DNA from: Alphaproteobacteria bacterium
Lineage (GTDB): Bacteria; Pseudomonadota; Alphaproteobacteria; SMXQ01
DNA length: 64,000 bases
Direction of reading: 5' to 3'
Assembly: GCA_033720855.1 (NCBI GenBank)
Contig: JAWWBR010000003.1
Coordinates: 3,614 to 67,613 of the forward strand
A program made the translations under genes and the position numbers. Within the stretch, counting starts at the first letter, position 1. The number at the start of each line of letters is the position of its first letter. Shown in pieces: positions 59,266 to 64,000 of the stretch. A model generated the notes under the pieces. That model had not been told where the DNA came from, did no database searches, and saw only the letters and a list, made by a program, of their open reading frames with translations.

Positions 59266-59850
59266 ATGACGGGTGTCAGGTCAGTTTGCGTTTACTGCGG
59301 CTCTTCCTTGGGCCATGACCACCGCTATCGCGAGACCGCCGGTGCGCTCGGACGGTTGATCGGCGAGGCCGGAATCGAACTGGTTTACGGTGGCGGCAAC
59401 ATCGGTCTCATGGGTGTCATCGCCGATGCCGTCATCGCCGCCGGGGGCCGCGTGACGGGCGTGATCCCGGACGACCTGAAGCGCGCCGAACTTGCCCATG
59501 AGGAGCTCCATGAACTGGTCGTCGTCGACTCCATGCACGCGCGCAAGAGGTCCATGTTCGAACGCGCGGACGCATTCATCGTTCTTCCCGGCGGGCCCGG
59601 CACCCTCGATGAAACCATTGAGATCATTACGTGGCGCCAGTTGCGCCTGCATGACAAACCGATCGTGATCCTCGACGATGGCGACTATTGGCGGCCTCTG
59701 ATCGCGCTCTTCGAGCACACCATCGCGCACGGCTTCGCCCGCGACAGCTTTCGCGGCCTGTTCACCGTGGTTGGCGAGGTCGATGCGGTGCTGCCGACCC
59801 TGGCCGGTCTCGGTCCTTCCCATCGCAGGGCGAAGCCCGATCGACTCTAG
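59266..59850 (+). CDS. LOG-family protein (cytokinin riboside 5'-monophosphate phosphoribohydrolase-like, TIGR00730)
   Basis: VCVYCGSS...GGG.GLMG...PGGPGTLDE signature. Confidence 0.85.
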   Translation: MTGVRSVCVYCGSSLGHDHRYRETAGALGRLIGEAGIELVYGGGNIGLMGVIADAVIAAGGRVTGVIPDDLKRAELAHEELHELVVVDSMHARKRSMFERADAFIVLPGGPGTLDETIEIITWRQLRLHDKPIVILDDGDYWRPLIALFEHTIAHGFARDSFRGLFTVVGEVDAVLPTLAGLGPSHRRAKPDRL

Positions 59851-59985
59851 GCCGCGGAACGGTGCCCAGCCCGCTTGCGCTCCATCCCAAGTCTGATATG
59901 TTGCGCGCCGTAATTCTCGGGGACGGCCGCAATCGCCACCCGCGAAATTCAACCGAATCTCAGCAAGCGCGCGGGAGAGAGCCGA

Positions 59986-61200
59986 ATGGCCAAAATTAAG
60001 GTCAAGACCCCCATCGTCGAACTGGATGGCGACGAGATGACGAGGATCATCTGGCAGTTCATCAAGGACAAGTTGATCCTGCCTTATCTCGACATCGACC
60101 TGAAATACTACGACCTGAGCATCCAGAAGCGCGACGAAACCGACGACCAAATCACCATTGATGCGGCCAACGCGATTAAGGAATACGGCGTCGGCGTCAA
60201 ATGCGCGACCATCACCCCCGACGAGGCCCGGGTGGAGGAATTCAACCTCAAGCAGATGTGGCGATCGCCCAACGGCACCATCCGCAACATCGTCGGCGGC
60301 ACCATTTTCCGCGAACCCATCATTTGCGAGAACGTCCCCCGCCTGGTGCCGGGCTGGACCCAGCCGATCGTGGTCGGCCGTCATGCCTATGGCGACCAAT
60401 ACCGTGCAACCGACTTCCTGGTGCCGGGCAAGGGCAAGCTGACCCTCACCTTCGAGCCCGAGGACGGGTCCCAGGCGATCGAACGCGAGGTCTTCGATTT
60501 CCCCGGATCCGGCATCGCCATGAGCATGTACAACCTCGACGATTCGATCCGGGGCTTCGCCGAAAGCTGCTTCAATTACGCCCTGCAGCGCGGCTATCCG
60601 CTCTACCTCTCGACCAAGAACACCATCCTCAAGGTCTATGACGGCCGCTTCAAGGACATCTTCGAGGAGGTCTACGAGAGCAGGTTCAAAGAGAAGTTCA
60701 CGGAGGCCGGTCTCACCTACGAGCATCGGCTGATCGACGACCTGGTCGCCTGCGCCCTGAAATGGAGCGGCGGTTTCGTCTGGGCCTGCAAGAATTATGA
60801 CGGCGACGTGCAATCGGACACCGTGGCCCAGGGCTATGGCTCGTTGGGTCTGATGACCAGCGTGCTGATGACGCCGGACGGAAAGACCGTCGAGTCCGAG
60901 GCCGCCCACGGCACCGTGACCCGGCATTACCGCGAACATCAGAAGGGCAACCCGACGTCGACCAATCCCATCGCCTCGATCTTCGCCTGGACGCGGGGGC
61001 TCAAGTACCGCGGCCAGTTCGACGAGACCCCCGACGTCGTGGCCTTTGCAGAGGCCCTTGAAGAGGTCTGTGTGGAAACCGTGGAATCGGGCTTCATGAC
61101 CAAGGACCTGGCGCTGCTGATCGGCCCCGACCAGGCCTGGCTGAACACCCAGGAGTTCCTCGACAAGCTCGATGAGAACCTCCAGTCCAAGATGGACTGA
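59986..61200 (+). CDS. icd: NADP-dependent isocitrate dehydrogenase (eukaryotic-like dimeric type)
   Basis: [23 protein letters not shown]... and 404-aa length are typical of type II IDH in alphaproteobacteria. Confidence 0.9.
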   Translation: MAKIKVKTPIVELDGDEMTRIIWQFIKDKLILPYLDIDLKYYDLSIQKRDETDDQITIDAANAIKEYGVGVKCATITPDEARVEEFNLKQMWRSPNGTIRNIVGGTIFREPIICENVPRLVPGWTQPIVVGRHAYGDQYRATDFLVPGKGKLTLTFEPEDGSQAIEREVFDFPGSGIAMSMYNLDDSIRGFAESCFNYALQRGYPLYLSTKNTILKVYDGRFKDIFEEVYESRFKEKFTEAGLTYEHRLIDDLVACALKWSGGFVWACKNYDGDVQSDTVAQGYGSLGLMTSVLMTPDGKTVESEAAHGTVTRHYREHQKGNPTSTNPIASIFAWTRGLKYRGQFDETPDVVAFAEALEEVCVETVESGFMTKDLALLIGPDQAWLNTQEFLDKLDENLQSKMD

Positions 61201-61253
61201 CCGCCTGGGGCACCCATGGTCGCCTCGGGGGCGATCCGCGCCCATGGATAGGG

Positions 61254-61289
61254 AAAGGCCCGCGGCGACAGCGCGGGCCTTTGCATTTT
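61254..61289 (+). terminator. rho-independent terminator after icd
   Basis: AAAGGCCCGCG-GCGACAG-CGCGGGCCTTTGCATTTTC: 8-bp GC stem followed by a T-rich tract. Confidence 0.55.
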
Positions 61290-61320
61290 CGCAACCTCGC
61301 GTGAGGATCGGACGGAGAGT

Positions 61321-63975
<2,655 letters not shown>

Positions 63976-64000
63976 GACAAGTTGCGGCTCCGCCCTCCCG

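Overview
A 64 kb chromosomal window from a high-GC alphaproteobacterium (Rhodospirillales/Rhizobiales-like gene order and codon usage). Most of it is densely packed, conserved housekeeping DNA. The recognisable syntenic blocks are: ndk / holC-pepA / lptF-lptG / lptD-surA-pdxA-rsmA; gmk-yicC; mltG-fabF-acpP-fabG-fabD; rpsF-rpsR-(DUF2232)-rplI; cfa; dnaB-alr; mlaE-mlaF; radA-cvpA-purF; yfgM-bamB-der; guaB-guaA; rlmE; ppx; one tRNA-Gln(CUG); psd-pssA; icd; alaS. No CRISPR array, transposase, integrase or phage gene is visible. The less ordinary part starts 3' of the tRNA-Gln, roughly 40.3-53.8 kb. It contains an alternative aa3-type cytochrome c oxidase operon (subunit II, subunit I, two subunit-III paralogues and a small subunit IV) with an adjacent DUF2189 membrane protein. 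It also contains a long AT-rich intergenic region carrying a perfect 12-bp palindrome, and a co-directional four-gene cluster of unknown function. That cluster encodes a T2SS-E-N/MshEN-like domain fused to a CbbX/SpoVK-type AAA+ ATPase, a heme-oxygenase-like (TenA/PqqC/CADD-type) protein, an SDR and an M29-like metalloprotein. The fusion protein and its cluster are the best candidates here for something undescribed. Other points of interest are a host-attachment-protein (Hap, eRF1-like) gene, a cytochrome c' plus diheme cytochrome c pair, and a 13-bp direct repeat upstream of a LOG-family gene. Several long ORFs in the six-frame track are antisense artefacts of the high GC content and were rejected. 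All functional calls rest on motif and family recognition by eye; no database search was run.
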